This document shows, piece after piece, positions 25,268-34,255 of a stretch of DNA of 64,000 bases. Below the pieces are notes generated by a model. The model was not told the DNA's origin. It searched no databases and was given only the letters and a program-made list of their open reading frames with translations. Source of the DNA: an uncultured Oscillospiraceae bacterium (GTDB lineage: Bacteria; Bacillota; Clostridia; Oscillospirales; Oscillospiraceae). Position numbers and translations under genes: made by a program. The stretch's first letter is position 1; each line of letters opens with the position of its first letter. The DNA lies in contig CANQUE010000003.1 in NCBI GenBank assembly GCA_947626905.1, positions 17,660 through 81,659 on the forward strand. The letters run 5' to 3'.

Positions 25268-26113
25268 CTACGCGCCCCAGCCGACGGAGAGCTGTTCCTC
25301 GTCCAGCTGACGCTCCAGGGCCTGCTCCACCAGCAGGGCCACGTTGTCCTCTATGGCCTTCCGGCGGGCCAGGTACAGCCGCCGCAGGCACCGGGGATTT
25401 CCCTTCTCCACCGGCACCTTCGCCAGCACGCACAGATCCCGGATAGAGCTGGTCACATAGGTCCGGTCCATGGGCGCCCTGTCCTTCGTTAAAAACAGGG
25501 GTCCCTCCTGTATCCCGTTGCGCCGGGCGTAGTCCAAAAGCTCCCGGCACAGGCATCGGGGTAGCCGGACGTTCCTCCTGCCTCCCCCCTCGCCGATCAC
25601 CGCCTGGCCCGCCTGGGCGGCCTGCACGGTGATCTTCGTCAGCTCCTGTACCGGCAGATCCGCGCTGGCGAACAGCTTGATCAGCAGATAGCTCCTCTCC
25701 CTCTCCAAAAGCCGGGCCGTCTGCAGCAGGTGGATATACTCATTTCTCGTCAGCTCCGGGGCCAGCTTCTTCTCCGCCTCCAGCCCGTCCAGCAGCTGAT
25801 ACTCCCGGTGGCCCATATAGGCCACATAGGAATTGGCGGAGGCGATGTATACGTTCACCGTCCGGGGCGCGTAGCCGGCGTTGAGCAGCGCCTGCCGGTA
25901 TTTGATCAGCGTGCCCCTGCGGACATACCGCTCCTCCGGCAGCAGTTCGATCAGCTTTCGCAGGTTCCGCCGGTACCGTTCCACCGTATCCGGCGTGCGC
26001 CCTCTCCGGGTCAGATCCTCCAGGAACCCCTGGACGCTGTCCTCCGTTATGGGGACTGCCGCCCCCCGCTGGGATGTCTTCGGGGGCAGCGCTGTCGTTT
26101 CGAGCGTAACCAT
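25268..26113 (-). CDS. tyrosine-recombinase-like protein with degenerate active site
   Basis: 281 aa from ATG 26113. The N-terminal SAM-like core-binding domain is present (FLEDLTRRGRTPDTVERYRRNLRKL...TVNVYIASANSYVAY). Box I Arg is absent (ASADLPVQEL), H-x-x-R is replaced by RCLRR, and there is no GH...Y tail. Confidence 0.7.
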   Translation of the reverse strand: MVTLETTALPPKTSQRGAAVPITEDSVQGFLEDLTRRGRTPDTVERYRRNLRKLIELLPEERYVRRGTLIKYRQALLNAGYAPRTVNVYIASANSYVAYMGHREYQLLDGLEAEKKLAPELTRNEYIHLLQTARLLERERSYLLIKLFASADLPVQELTKITVQAAQAGQAVIGEGGGRRNVRLPRCLCRELLDYARRNGIQEGPLFLTKDRAPMDRTYVTSSIRDLCVLAKVPVEKGNPRCLRRLYLARRKAIEDNVALLVEQALERQLDEEQLSVGWGA

Positions 26114-26135
26114 GCCGTCACCCTCTCGTTTTGTT

Positions 26136-26170
26136 TTCAAAAAGGGAGCAGGGGAAATCCCTGCTCCCTT
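26136..26170 (-). terminator. rho-independent terminator of the surface protein gene
   Basis: Hairpin AAGGGAGCAGGG-GAAA-TCCCTGCTCCCTT, followed on the minus strand by TTTTTGAAAAC. Confidence 0.75.
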
Positions 26171-26202
26171 CGGTGCGTTTGGTCGATTTGGTCCGCTTCG
26201 GA

Positions 26203-28893
26203 TCACTGCTTGACGTAGTTCTTGAAGTCGCCCCAACCGTCGGTGTAGGTGCACTTGCCGCCATGGCCGTTGGTCCGAGTCTCGAACCAGCCGATGCTGC
26301 CGGCGCCATAGCCGTTGTCGTCGATGATCTTCTGCCAGCCCTTGAGCATCATGCCGATGCAGTTATCGGACCGGTTGGACTCCTGCAGGTAGTACCAGCC
26401 GTTGCCCCAGGAGGCGTCGGTGATGTAGGTCAGGCCGGTATCCATGACGCCGGAGGCGCTCATGTGGTACCACAGGCCACGGGTGGACATGACCCACTGG
26501 TTCTTGACCATCTGGCCGTTCTTGTAATAGTAGAAGTCACCGTTGGCGGCCTGTACCCAGCCGTCCTTCACGGTCTTCAGCGCGCCGATGGCGGCCAGCA
26601 GAGCGGAGGCGGCGGCGTCGATCTTGGACTGCGCGGCGTTCTCCTTCTCCAGGATGGCCTCGGCGGCCACCAGGGCCTCCTTCACAGCGGCCACGGCAGA
26701 GGGATCATAGTTGCCGGTATCCAGATCGGAGGGAACAGCAGCGATGGCCTTCTCCAGAGCGGTCTTGTCGGCCTCCTTCACCACCAGAGCCTCAATGGCA
26801 TCCAGGATGGCCTTAGCAGCGCCGGCCGCGTCGCCGGAGCCAGCCTTCACGATGGCCTCGCCGGCCTTGACGGCATCCTGCAGCTCAGTCCAGCCCTCGG
26901 AATAGTCGTCCTCGCTCAGAGCCTTCGCGTCGGCGATGGCAGCCTCCAGGGCGGTCATATCGGTGGGCTCCTCCAGGTTCTTCAGCGCAGCCACAAGATC
27001 CTTGCTCATAGTGTCCACTGCCGTCCGGTTGGCGTTGGTGTTGGGGGTCTTGTCGGCGGCGGCTACCAGAGGCTCGGCATACTTGGTCATCAGCCGGCCC
27101 AGGATCTCCTGATAGTAGCTGGTGGTCTTACCGGCAGCTTTTTTGGCGATCAGGGTCTCATAATCGCCGGCGGCCGCGATCACGGCCTCCAGGTTGTTAT
27201 AGCCGGTGGGGTTATCCGTGAGCACGGTCAGCTTGGCGGCCAGGTCCTTGGCCTTGGCCAGCGCCTCGCTGTGGTCGGTGCCTTTATACTCGCTGACAGC
27301 GCCGATCTTAGCGGTCACGGTGCCGCGGCTGACCTCGGTGGCCTGCGCGCCGCCCTGAGGCACTTCCTTGACGAACAGCTCGAAGGTGTACTCGCCCACG
27401 GCCAGATCCGCGGCGGCGATGCCCGTCACGTTCACGGACTTGGTGGTGACACCGGTCATCTCCTTGACTTCCTTGCCGCTGGCGTCGGTCACCACGATCC
27501 GGGCGCTGGTGTAACGGGCACTATCGTAGTCGGCCTGCGCCTTGTCCAGAGTGACGACGAACTGGTCAGTGCTCGTCGTGTCCCACTTGGCTTCCACCAG
27601 CTTGGGGCCGTTGTAGTCGCCCACGGTGTAGTCCAGCGTGGCAACGACCGTTTCCTTGCCCTCGCTGTCAACCGTGCTCAGGGTGATGGTGACCACGTCT
27701 CCGATCTTAAACTTGGTCTCGCCGTCGCCGGACTTTTTGATGTCGTCATACTTGAAGGTATGCGCGGCGGCGGTAGTGGCGGCGTCAGCGCCGATGCCCT
27801 TGGAGGTGAGGCTGGAGTAAGTAGCCTCGGCCTTGCCGCCGGCCAGGACGGCCGTCACCACATACTTGTTGTCGTCAGCCTGTTCGGCGGTCTTGCCGTC
27901 GGTGATGGTGACGGTCAGCTGGGTGTAACCACTGTTCATCGCTACGGGGCCGATCTTCAGGCCGGCCACGTTCTCTGCCAGGCCCTTGACCTTCTCGGCG
28001 ATGTTCTTCAGCGCCTGGTTGACTTGCTTCAGCGTGGTGGTGTCTTTCAGTCCGTAGGGGCCGTTCCGGTCCACATAGCCGTTGGCGGTGGACAGCTCGG
28101 AGCTCAGAGCGGAAACGCTCGTGGAGCCGTACTTGCCGCTGTCGATCAGGGCCTGGGCGTCGGCGATGGCCTCGGTCAGGGCATCGGCGTCGTCCTTATC
28201 GGGGGCCTTCGCGGCAGTTTCTTCCTTGGCCAGGACCGCGAAAGCCTCGACCAGGTCGGCGATGGCCTGGTGGGTGCCGTTCTTGCCCTTCTTGGTCAGG
28301 GCTTCCTTCTGCGCGATAAGATCGGCGGCCTTGGCCAGATACTCGGGCTGATACTCCAGCTTGGCGTCATCCGTGGAGGGATCGGCCGGAGTCGTCGCCA
28401 GGCCGGCCAGAGTGGTCTCCACATCGTACTGCGTGGCCTTGGCGGTGAACTTCTCCGCCTTCGCGCCCTCGCCGATGTAAGGAGCCAGAGCCTGGGTCTT
28501 CGGCGTGATCTCAGAATCCTTCACCTTGGTGGTGGTGTCTTCGATCTTGGTGAGCAGGTCCTTGGCCTCGTTCAGCGCCTTCTCAAAGGCGGTGAGCTCC
28601 GTCTCGGGGCTGGTGTTGGCCCCGGTGTCGTAAGTATAGACGCCGCTCTTCAGGTTGGCCTCGATGGCCTCGGCCTCGGCGACGGCCGCCTTCAGATCTT
28701 CGACAGCCTTCTGGGCGGTCTCGTCCTCGGGCTTCTCCAGCGCGATGGGCGCGGGTTCTTCCACCGCAATGACTTCCGGCGCGTCCTCGGAGTCGGTCAC
28801 AGGCTCTGCCGCTTCAGCCGCGAGGGCCGGGACGCACAGAGACAGAACCATGACCAGCGCCAGAAGCAAGCTCAGTACACGTTTTCTTGTCAT
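26203..28893 (-). CDS. 896-aa secreted surface protein: signal peptide, long Ala/Lys/Glu/Thr-rich helical region, C-terminal cell-wall-binding (CW_binding_1-type) repeats
   Basis: Signal peptide MTRKRVLSLLLALVMVLSLCVPALAAEA. C-terminus GWVQAANGDFYYYKNGQMVKNQWV...GLWYHMSASGVMDTG...GWYYLQESN...KGWQKIIDDNG... AGGAGG RBS. Confidence 0.9.
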   Translation of the reverse strand: MTRKRVLSLLLALVMVLSLCVPALAAEAAEPVTDSEDAPEVIAVEEPAPIALEKPEDETAQKAVEDLKAAVAEAEAIEANLKSGVYTYDTGANTSPETELTAFEKALNEAKDLLTKIEDTTTKVKDSEITPKTQALAPYIGEGAKAEKFTAKATQYDVETTLAGLATTPADPSTDDAKLEYQPEYLAKAADLIAQKEALTKKGKNGTHQAIADLVEAFAVLAKEETAAKAPDKDDADALTEAIADAQALIDSGKYGSTSVSALSSELSTANGYVDRNGPYGLKDTTTLKQVNQALKNIAEKVKGLAENVAGLKIGPVAMNSGYTQLTVTITDGKTAEQADDNKYVVTAVLAGGKAEATYSSLTSKGIGADAATTAAAHTFKYDDIKKSGDGETKFKIGDVVTITLSTVDSEGKETVVATLDYTVGDYNGPKLVEAKWDTTSTDQFVVTLDKAQADYDSARYTSARIVVTDASGKEVKEMTGVTTKSVNVTGIAAADLAVGEYTFELFVKEVPQGGAQATEVSRGTVTAKIGAVSEYKGTDHSEALAKAKDLAAKLTVLTDNPTGYNNLEAVIAAAGDYETLIAKKAAGKTTSYYQEILGRLMTKYAEPLVAAADKTPNTNANRTAVDTMSKDLVAALKNLEEPTDMTALEAAIADAKALSEDDYSEGWTELQDAVKAGEAIVKAGSGDAAGAAKAILDAIEALVVKEADKTALEKAIAAVPSDLDTGNYDPSAVAAVKEALVAAEAILEKENAAQSKIDAAASALLAAIGALKTVKDGWVQAANGDFYYYKNGQMVKNQWVMSTRGLWYHMSASGVMDTGLTYITDASWGNGWYYLQESNRSDNCIGMMLKGWQKIIDDNGYGAGSIGWFETRTNGHGGKCTYTDGWGDFKNYVKQ

Positions 28894-28953
28894 TGTCTCT
28901 TTTCCTCCTAATAATAAATGGTAGAATCAGGTGTATGCCGGACCCCCGCAATT

Positions 28954-28977
28954 ACTACAGACTATACATTCTGTGGT
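28954..28977. repeat. recombinase-type site L (8-bp arm / 8-bp centre / 8-bp arm)
   Basis: ACTACAGA CTATACAT TCTGTGGT. The arms are mutually inverted half-sites. Confidence 0.7.
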
Positions 28978-29205
28978 GAAAACGGGCCAATCATCCTTAC
29001 ATACCCAGCTTTACGCTGTCAAGTATACTCTCCCTTGCTAAAAAAAGCAATAGAAATTTCAAAAAAGTTAAAATTCTTATTCCGGCGGAGCGGATCATGG
29101 GTCCCCGGCGGGGGCCGAATGAAACGGCGTCACGGTCTCCGCCGGCGGCGGGACCTCAAAAGCGGGCTTTCCGGCCGCCTTTTCCTCCGGCGGCCGGGCC
29201 GGAAT

Positions 29206-29229
29206 ACTACAGAATGTATATTCTGTGGT
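29206..29229. repeat. recombinase-type site R, central spacer inverted relative to site L
   Basis: ACTACAGA ATGTATAT TCTGTGGT. The reverse complement of the centre (ATATACAT) matches the site L centre in 7/8 positions, against 5/8 in direct orientation. The site ends 6 nt from the recombinase stop codon. Confidence 0.7.
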
Positions 29230-29234
29230 ATTTT

Positions 29235-30080
29235 TCATATCCTGACCAATCCCAGCTTGTCCATCTGCCGGCGCTGCTCTTCGCCGCTGTGCATGGTATA
29301 GATCCGGGTCGTTTCGATGCTGGAGTGGCCCAGGATGTCCGCCAAGCGGACGATGTCCTTGTTTTCCCTGTAATACGTGGCGGCGAACAGGTGCCGGAAG
29401 TTGTGGGGGAACACCTTCGCCGGGTCCACCCCGGCCTTTTCGGCCAGGCGCTTATACATCTTCCAGATGTTGCTCCGATTCAGGGGCTTGCCGCTGCGGG
29501 TGACGAAGACCGGCCCGGAGGTGATGTTCCGCCGCCGGCAGTAATCCTCCAGCTTTTTCCGGAGCAGATCGGGAATTAGTACCTCCCGGGTCTTGCCTTT
29601 GCAGGCGATCACGCTCCGGCCGGCCCTGACCCCCTCCACCGTGACCATCTCGTACTCGCTGACCCGCACCCCCGTGCCGCCGCCGGTCTCCAGCAGCATC
29701 ACCATGCGCTCGTCCCCGCTGTCCCGGGCGGTCTGCACCAGTTTGCGGAACTCCTTTTCCGTCAGCTCCCGATCCGGGTCCCGGAAGCTCCGGCGCTGGA
29801 CCCGCAGGGTCCGCAGCCGCCACTGCCCATACCCGCAAAACTGGAGGAACGTATTCACCGCCACCACCGCCCCGTTCACCGTGCCGGGCGCCAGGCCTCT
29901 CTCCCGCAGCTCCGCCTTGAACGCCAGCAGCGCGTCCTTGTCCCTCACCTCCCCGCCCGCGTGATCGAGCAGCATCCCCAGGATGCGGGAATACTTCCTC
30001 TTGGTGGCGGGCGCGTACTCCCGCTGGTCCATCTCCCGCCGGAAAAGCTCCAGCGCCTGTTTGTCCATTGTCAGCCTCAT
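29235..30080 (-). CDS. site-specific tyrosine recombinase (Xer/phage-integrase family), catalytically complete
   Basis: 281 aa with GVRVSE (Arg), KGKTREV (Lys), HNFRHLF (H-x-x-R), LGHSSIETTRIY (His, Tyr). GGGAGGG RBS. Confidence 0.9.
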   Translation of the reverse strand: MRLTMDKQALELFRREMDQREYAPATKRKYSRILGMLLDHAGGEVRDKDALLAFKAELRERGLAPGTVNGAVVAVNTFLQFCGYGQWRLRTLRVQRRSFRDPDRELTEKEFRKLVQTARDSGDERMVMLLETGGGTGVRVSEYEMVTVEGVRAGRSVIACKGKTREVLIPDLLRKKLEDYCRRRNITSGPVFVTRSGKPLNRSNIWKMYKRLAEKAGVDPAKVFPHNFRHLFAATYYRENKDIVRLADILGHSSIETTRIYTMHSGEEQRRQMDKLGLVRI

Positions 30081-30321
30081 GGCAGCGACCCTCCCTACAT
30101 TTATATATGGTATGCAAAAACAGCCGCAGGGCCGTGAGAAAAGTCACGCCCTGCGGCTGGTATATTATAGTATATTCTCCGCGGCGCGAAAAGCCCTTTA
30201 TGCCGCCCTTTTTCTCCGCGCCCCGCCGCCGATACAGCTTGCGCTTTCGGCGGCGGGGTGCTATTATCATATCGTCCGGACAAGGGACAGTCTAGTCTAT
30301 GATAAAAGGAGCATCACAGCC

Positions 30322-30894
30322 ATGATGAAGGATTTCGGGGTCAAGCCCTATCTCTATCCCATGCCCACCTATATGATCGCCACCTACAACGAGGACGGGA
30401 CCGTGGACGCCATGATGATGGCCTGGGGCGGGATCTGCGCCGAGGATATGGTGGCGCTGAACCTGGAGGCCAGCCACAAGACCGTGGCCAACCTGCGGGC
30501 CCGGGGGGCGTTCACCCTCTCCGTGCCCGGCGCCGACACCCTGGCCCCCTCGGATTACATGGGCATCGCCTCCGCCAACGACACCCCCGACAAGTTCGAG
30601 CGCACCGGCCTGCACGCGGTGAAGAGCACCCGGGTGGACGCCCCCGTCATCCAGGAGTATCCCCTGACCCTGGAGTGCACCGTGGAGCGGTTCGAGGACG
30701 AGCCCTATGGCCTGCGGGTGCTGGGCCGCATCCAGAACGTGATGGCCGACGAGAAGGTGCTGGACGAGCTGGGCCGCATCGACGCGGGCAAGCTGAACGC
30801 CTTCGCCTTCGACCAGATGCGCAACGGCTATTACGCCGCCTCCGAAAAGGTGGGCCAGGCCTGGAATTCCGGCGCGGGCTACCTCAAGAAATAA
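30322..30894 (+). CDS. flavin reductase-like FMN-binding protein (flavoredoxin family)
   Basis: 190 aa from ATG 30322 with AAAGGAG RBS. PMPTYMIATYNEDGTVDAMMMAWGG is typical of the flavin reductase split-barrel family. Confidence 0.75.
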   Translation: MMKDFGVKPYLYPMPTYMIATYNEDGTVDAMMMAWGGICAEDMVALNLEASHKTVANLRARGAFTLSVPGADTLAPSDYMGIASANDTPDKFERTGLHAVKSTRVDAPVIQEYPLTLECTVERFEDEPYGLRVLGRIQNVMADEKVLDELGRIDAGKLNAFAFDQMRNGYYAASEKVGQAWNSGAGYLKK

Positions 30895-30920
30895 GATCGT
30901 ATATCGGGAAAGGACGCTCC

Positions 30921-31313
30921 ATGGAAAAGGTATATCAGTTTTTGAAACAGGCCGGGACCTATTACCTGGCCACAGTGGACGGGGACCAGCCCCGGGTGCG
31001 CCCCTTCGGCACCGTGCACATCTTCGAGGGGAAGCTGTACATCCAGACCGGCCGGAGCAAGGACGTGTCAAAGCAGCTGGCCGCCAACCCCAAGGCGGAG
31101 ATCTGCGCGTTCAAGGACGGCGTCTGGCTCCGGGTGGCCGGCGAGCTGGTGGAGGACGACCGGGTGGAGGCCCGCAAGAGCATGCTGGACGCCTATCCCA
31201 ACCTGCGGGGGATGTATGACGAGAACGACGGCAATACCCAGGTGCTGTATCTCCGCAACGCCGTGGCCACCTTCTCCTCCTTTACCGCGCCTGCGGAAAC
31301 CGTCCGGTTTTAA
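30921..31313 (+). CDS. pyridoxamine 5'-phosphate oxidase-family FMN-binding protein
   Basis: 130 aa; GTYYLATVDGDQPRVRPFGT...KLYIQTGRSKDVSKQLAANPKAEI. Confidence 0.75.
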   Translation: MEKVYQFLKQAGTYYLATVDGDQPRVRPFGTVHIFEGKLYIQTGRSKDVSKQLAANPKAEICAFKDGVWLRVAGELVEDDRVEARKSMLDAYPNLRGMYDENDGNTQVLYLRNAVATFSSFTAPAETVRF

Positions 31314-31402
31314 TCGTTATGTAAACTAAATTATGTAAATGATCTCCCGGCCCCACGGCCGGGAGATCATGATCTTATATCCGCGCCCGGGATCTGTTTC
31401 CG

Positions 31403-31975
31403 TCACGCCGCCCACAGCATACACAGCCCCATCGCCAGCACCGGCACAGCGCTGCCCCCGATGAGCTGGCCGGGACTGTGCCTGTCCAGGCTCCGGCTGG
31501 CCCACATCACCGCGCCCAGCAGGATATAGCCCAGCAGAAACCAGGGACTGACATACACCGCCAGCAGCATGATGGGCCCGGAACAGCCGCAGGCGTGGGC
31601 GCTGGCCCGAAAGTGGGCCAGGGTGCATATCGCCAGACCCAGCCCGGAGACCAGATAGGTCCCGTAGATCAGCCTCTCCATCGCCGTCCCGCCGGTCAGC
31701 CGGCAGAAGGCCGCCCCGCAGACATACCCCGCCACGGAGAAGATGAGCCCCATGTTCCGCTCCGCCTTCCTCCCCTTTTCCCGCAGGGCCGGCACCGCGG
31801 CGCACACCGGATAGCTGAGCACCGGCAGCACCCCCAGAAAGAACACCGCCGCCAAAAAATGCCCCGGCGAGGAGAAGGCCCCCTCCGTGCGGGCGTACAG
31901 GATGACGCACAGCAGCCCGGCGAACACCGGCGGCACCGTGACCACGCGGATGGCTTTGGCCAGCTTTTGTTTCAT
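31403..31975 (-). CDS. PAP2-superfamily membrane phosphatase
   Basis: 190 aa from ATG 31975, with AAAGGAG 10 nt upstream. C-terminal SAH...SRSLDRHSPGQLIGG resembles PAP2 motifs C2/C3. Confidence 0.65.
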   Translation of the reverse strand: MKQKLAKAIRVVTVPPVFAGLLCVILYARTEGAFSSPGHFLAAVFFLGVLPVLSYPVCAAVPALREKGRKAERNMGLIFSVAGYVCGAAFCRLTGGTAMERLIYGTYLVSGLGLAICTLAHFRASAHACGCSGPIMLLAVYVSPWFLLGYILLGAVMWASRSLDRHSPGQLIGGSAVPVLAMGLCMLWAA

Positions 31976-32129
31976 AATGGACACGCTCCTTTTCGATAAG
32001 GTCTGTATCCATCATACCCAAAAACCGCAAAGAGTCACCCCACGTTCCCGATTTCCCGCTCTACCTGTGGAACGATCCCCTTCCCCCGCCGAGAGAGAGG
32101 CTCTCTCCCGGCGGGGGAAGGGGATCTTG

Positions 32130-32513
32130 TCACTTCTCCGCCCGCAGCTTTTTCAGTATCTCCCCATCCGCCGGGCAGAACGGATACAGGGGGATCTGCT
32201 CCGCCGTGATCCAGGCCAGCGCGTTGTGCTCCAGCAGGACCGGCTCCCCGGCGGCGACGGCGGCGTTATAGAGAGTCAGATGGACCGTGATGTCCGGATA
32301 GGCGTGGACCACGTCCATGAACACCTCCCCCACCGCCAGCTCTATGCCCAGCTCCTCCCGGCATTCCCGGACCAGCGCCTGGGGCCCGGACTCCCCCGGC
32401 TCCACTTTGCCGCCCACGAACTCCCACAGCATCCCCCGGGCCTTATGGGCCGGACGCTGGCAGATCAAAAACCGCTCTCCCTCCCGGATGAGCGCCGCTA
32501 CCACCTCTACCAT
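32130..32513 (-). CDS. NUDIX hydrolase (MutT-like nucleoside triphosphate pyrophosphohydrolase)
   Basis: Nudix box GGKVEPGESGPQALVRECREELGI. ATG 32513 sits 8 nt after GGAGG. Confidence 0.85.
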   Translation of the reverse strand: MVEVVAALIREGERFLICQRPAHKARGMLWEFVGGKVEPGESGPQALVRECREELGIELAVGEVFMDVVHAYPDITVHLTLYNAAVAAGEPVLLEHNALAWITAEQIPLYPFCPADGEILKKLRAEK

Positions 32514-32787
32514 GCCGTATACCTCCGCCGTTTTCTCCCCACAGTATAGCACATCCCGGCCCGAAATTCACGCCCCGGCGGAAGCGGGAACGGGCAAGGA
32601 GGATTATGTTGTTATGTAAATAATATTATGTAAATATAAGACGGCCTCAGATCTTTTCTGCTCCCACAGGGCCATTTCTCTTGACTAATAAATATAAAGT
32701 ATGCTATAGTTGCCCGCGGCGCGGCCGCCACAGCCGCTCCATCACGCGCATATCCCGCCGGACGGGCAGCAAGCAAGGAGAACCGCC

Positions 32788-34161
32788 ATGCAGACCTCAC
32801 AGGAAAACCAGATCGTCGAGGGAGTCATCTGGAAACAGCTGCTGATCTTTTTCTTCCCCATTCTGATCGGCTCCTTTTTCCAGCAGCTTTACAATACCGT
32901 GGACACGGTCATCGTGGGCCAGTATGTGGGCAAGCAGGCCCTGGCAGGCGTGGGCAGTACCGGGACGGTCATCAACCTGTGGCTGGGCTTCTTCATCGGC
33001 CTGGCCGGAGGCGCGTCGGTGATCATCTCCCAGTACTACGGCGCCAACGACGCGGACGGGCTTTCCAAGGCGGTGCACACCTCCGTGGCCCTGGCTCTGG
33101 CGGGCGGCGCGGTGCTGACGGCCGTGGGCCTGTCCACCGCAAAGGTGTCCCTGGAGATCCTGGACGTGGCGGAGGAGGTCATGGACGAGGCCATGACGTA
33201 CATAACCGTGTTTTACACGGGCATGATCGCCACGGTGATCTACAACGTGGGCACCGGCATCCTCCGGGCCATCGGGGACTCCCGGCGGCCGCTGTATATC
33301 CTCATCGCCTGCTGCGGGGTGAACATCGTGCTGGACCTGCTGTTCGTGGTGGCGTTCCACTGGGACGTGTTCGGCGTGGCCCTGGCCACGGTGATCGCCC
33401 AGATCGTGAGCGCGGCGCTGATCATGCTCCGGCTCATCCGGGTGCAGGCCGCTTACCGGGTCCGGCTGAGGCTGGTGCGCTTTCACGGACCTACGCTGAA
33501 AAAGGTGATACGCCTGGGTCTGCCCACCGGGATGCAGTCGGTGCTCTATTCCATCTCCAACCTGGTGATCCAGGCGGCGGTGAATTCCTTCGGCACGGAC
33601 GCCATGGCCAGCTGGGCGGCGGTGAGCCGGATCGACGGCTTCGTGTGGATGATCATGGGCGCCTTCGGCATCTCGGTGACCACCTTCGTGGGCCAGAATT
33701 TTGGCGCGGGCCGCTATGACCGGGTGCTGCGGGGCACCCGGGTGTGCCTGGCCATGACCGTGGGGACCATATCCACTCTCAGCGTGCTGGAGATCCTCTT
33801 CGCCGGGCCCATACTGCGCATCTTCACCGGGGACGAAACGGTGGTGACCATGGGCGCCGCCTTCGTGCGGGTGTGGGCGCCGGCCTATACCGCCTATGTG
33901 TTCATCGAGATCTTCTCCGGGGCCGTCCGGGGCGTGGGCGAGGCCATCCAGCCCATGGTGATCACCATTTTCGGCGTGTGCGTGCTGCGGCTCATCTGGA
34001 TCTGGGGCGTGCTCCCCTTCCACCGCAGCCCCGCCATGGTGGCGGCCAGCTACCCGGTCACCTGGGGCATCACGGCGGTGGTGTTCATCGTGTACTACCT
34101 GCGGAAAAACTGGCTGAAACGCCACATCCCGCCCCAGCGGGAGCTGCCCGCCAGCTCATAA
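32788..34161 (+). CDS. MATE-family efflux transporter
   Basis: 457 aa from ATG 32788 with AAGGAG RBS. N-terminus LLIFFFPILIGSFFQQLYNTVDTVIVGQYVGKQALAGVG is typical of MATE. 12 helices. Confidence 0.85.
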   Translation: MQTSQENQIVEGVIWKQLLIFFFPILIGSFFQQLYNTVDTVIVGQYVGKQALAGVGSTGTVINLWLGFFIGLAGGASVIISQYYGANDADGLSKAVHTSVALALAGGAVLTAVGLSTAKVSLEILDVAEEVMDEAMTYITVFYTGMIATVIYNVGTGILRAIGDSRRPLYILIACCGVNIVLDLLFVVAFHWDVFGVALATVIAQIVSAALIMLRLIRVQAAYRVRLRLVRFHGPTLKKVIRLGLPTGMQSVLYSISNLVIQAAVNSFGTDAMASWAAVSRIDGFVWMIMGAFGISVTTFVGQNFGAGRYDRVLRGTRVCLAMTVGTISTLSVLEILFAGPILRIFTGDETVVTMGAAFVRVWAPAYTAYVFIEIFSGAVRGVGEAIQPMVITIFGVCVLRLIWIWGVLPFHRSPAMVAASYPVTWGITAVVFIVYYLRKNWLKRHIPPQRELPASS

Positions 34162-34255
34162 GAGCCTCAGCGCAAGATCCGCGCCCTTTCCTCCTGGAAA
34201 GGGCGCGGATCTCGTTTCGGCGGGCCATGGGGCCCCCGTCATATCGCCCGCGCTG

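Noticed and set aside
26131-28911. 926-aa + strand ORF
   Set aside because: It lies exactly antisense to the well-supported 896-aa surface protein gene. Its composition is Gly/Leu/Val/His/Asp-rich low complexity with no RBS, typical of a shadow frame in GC-rich DNA.
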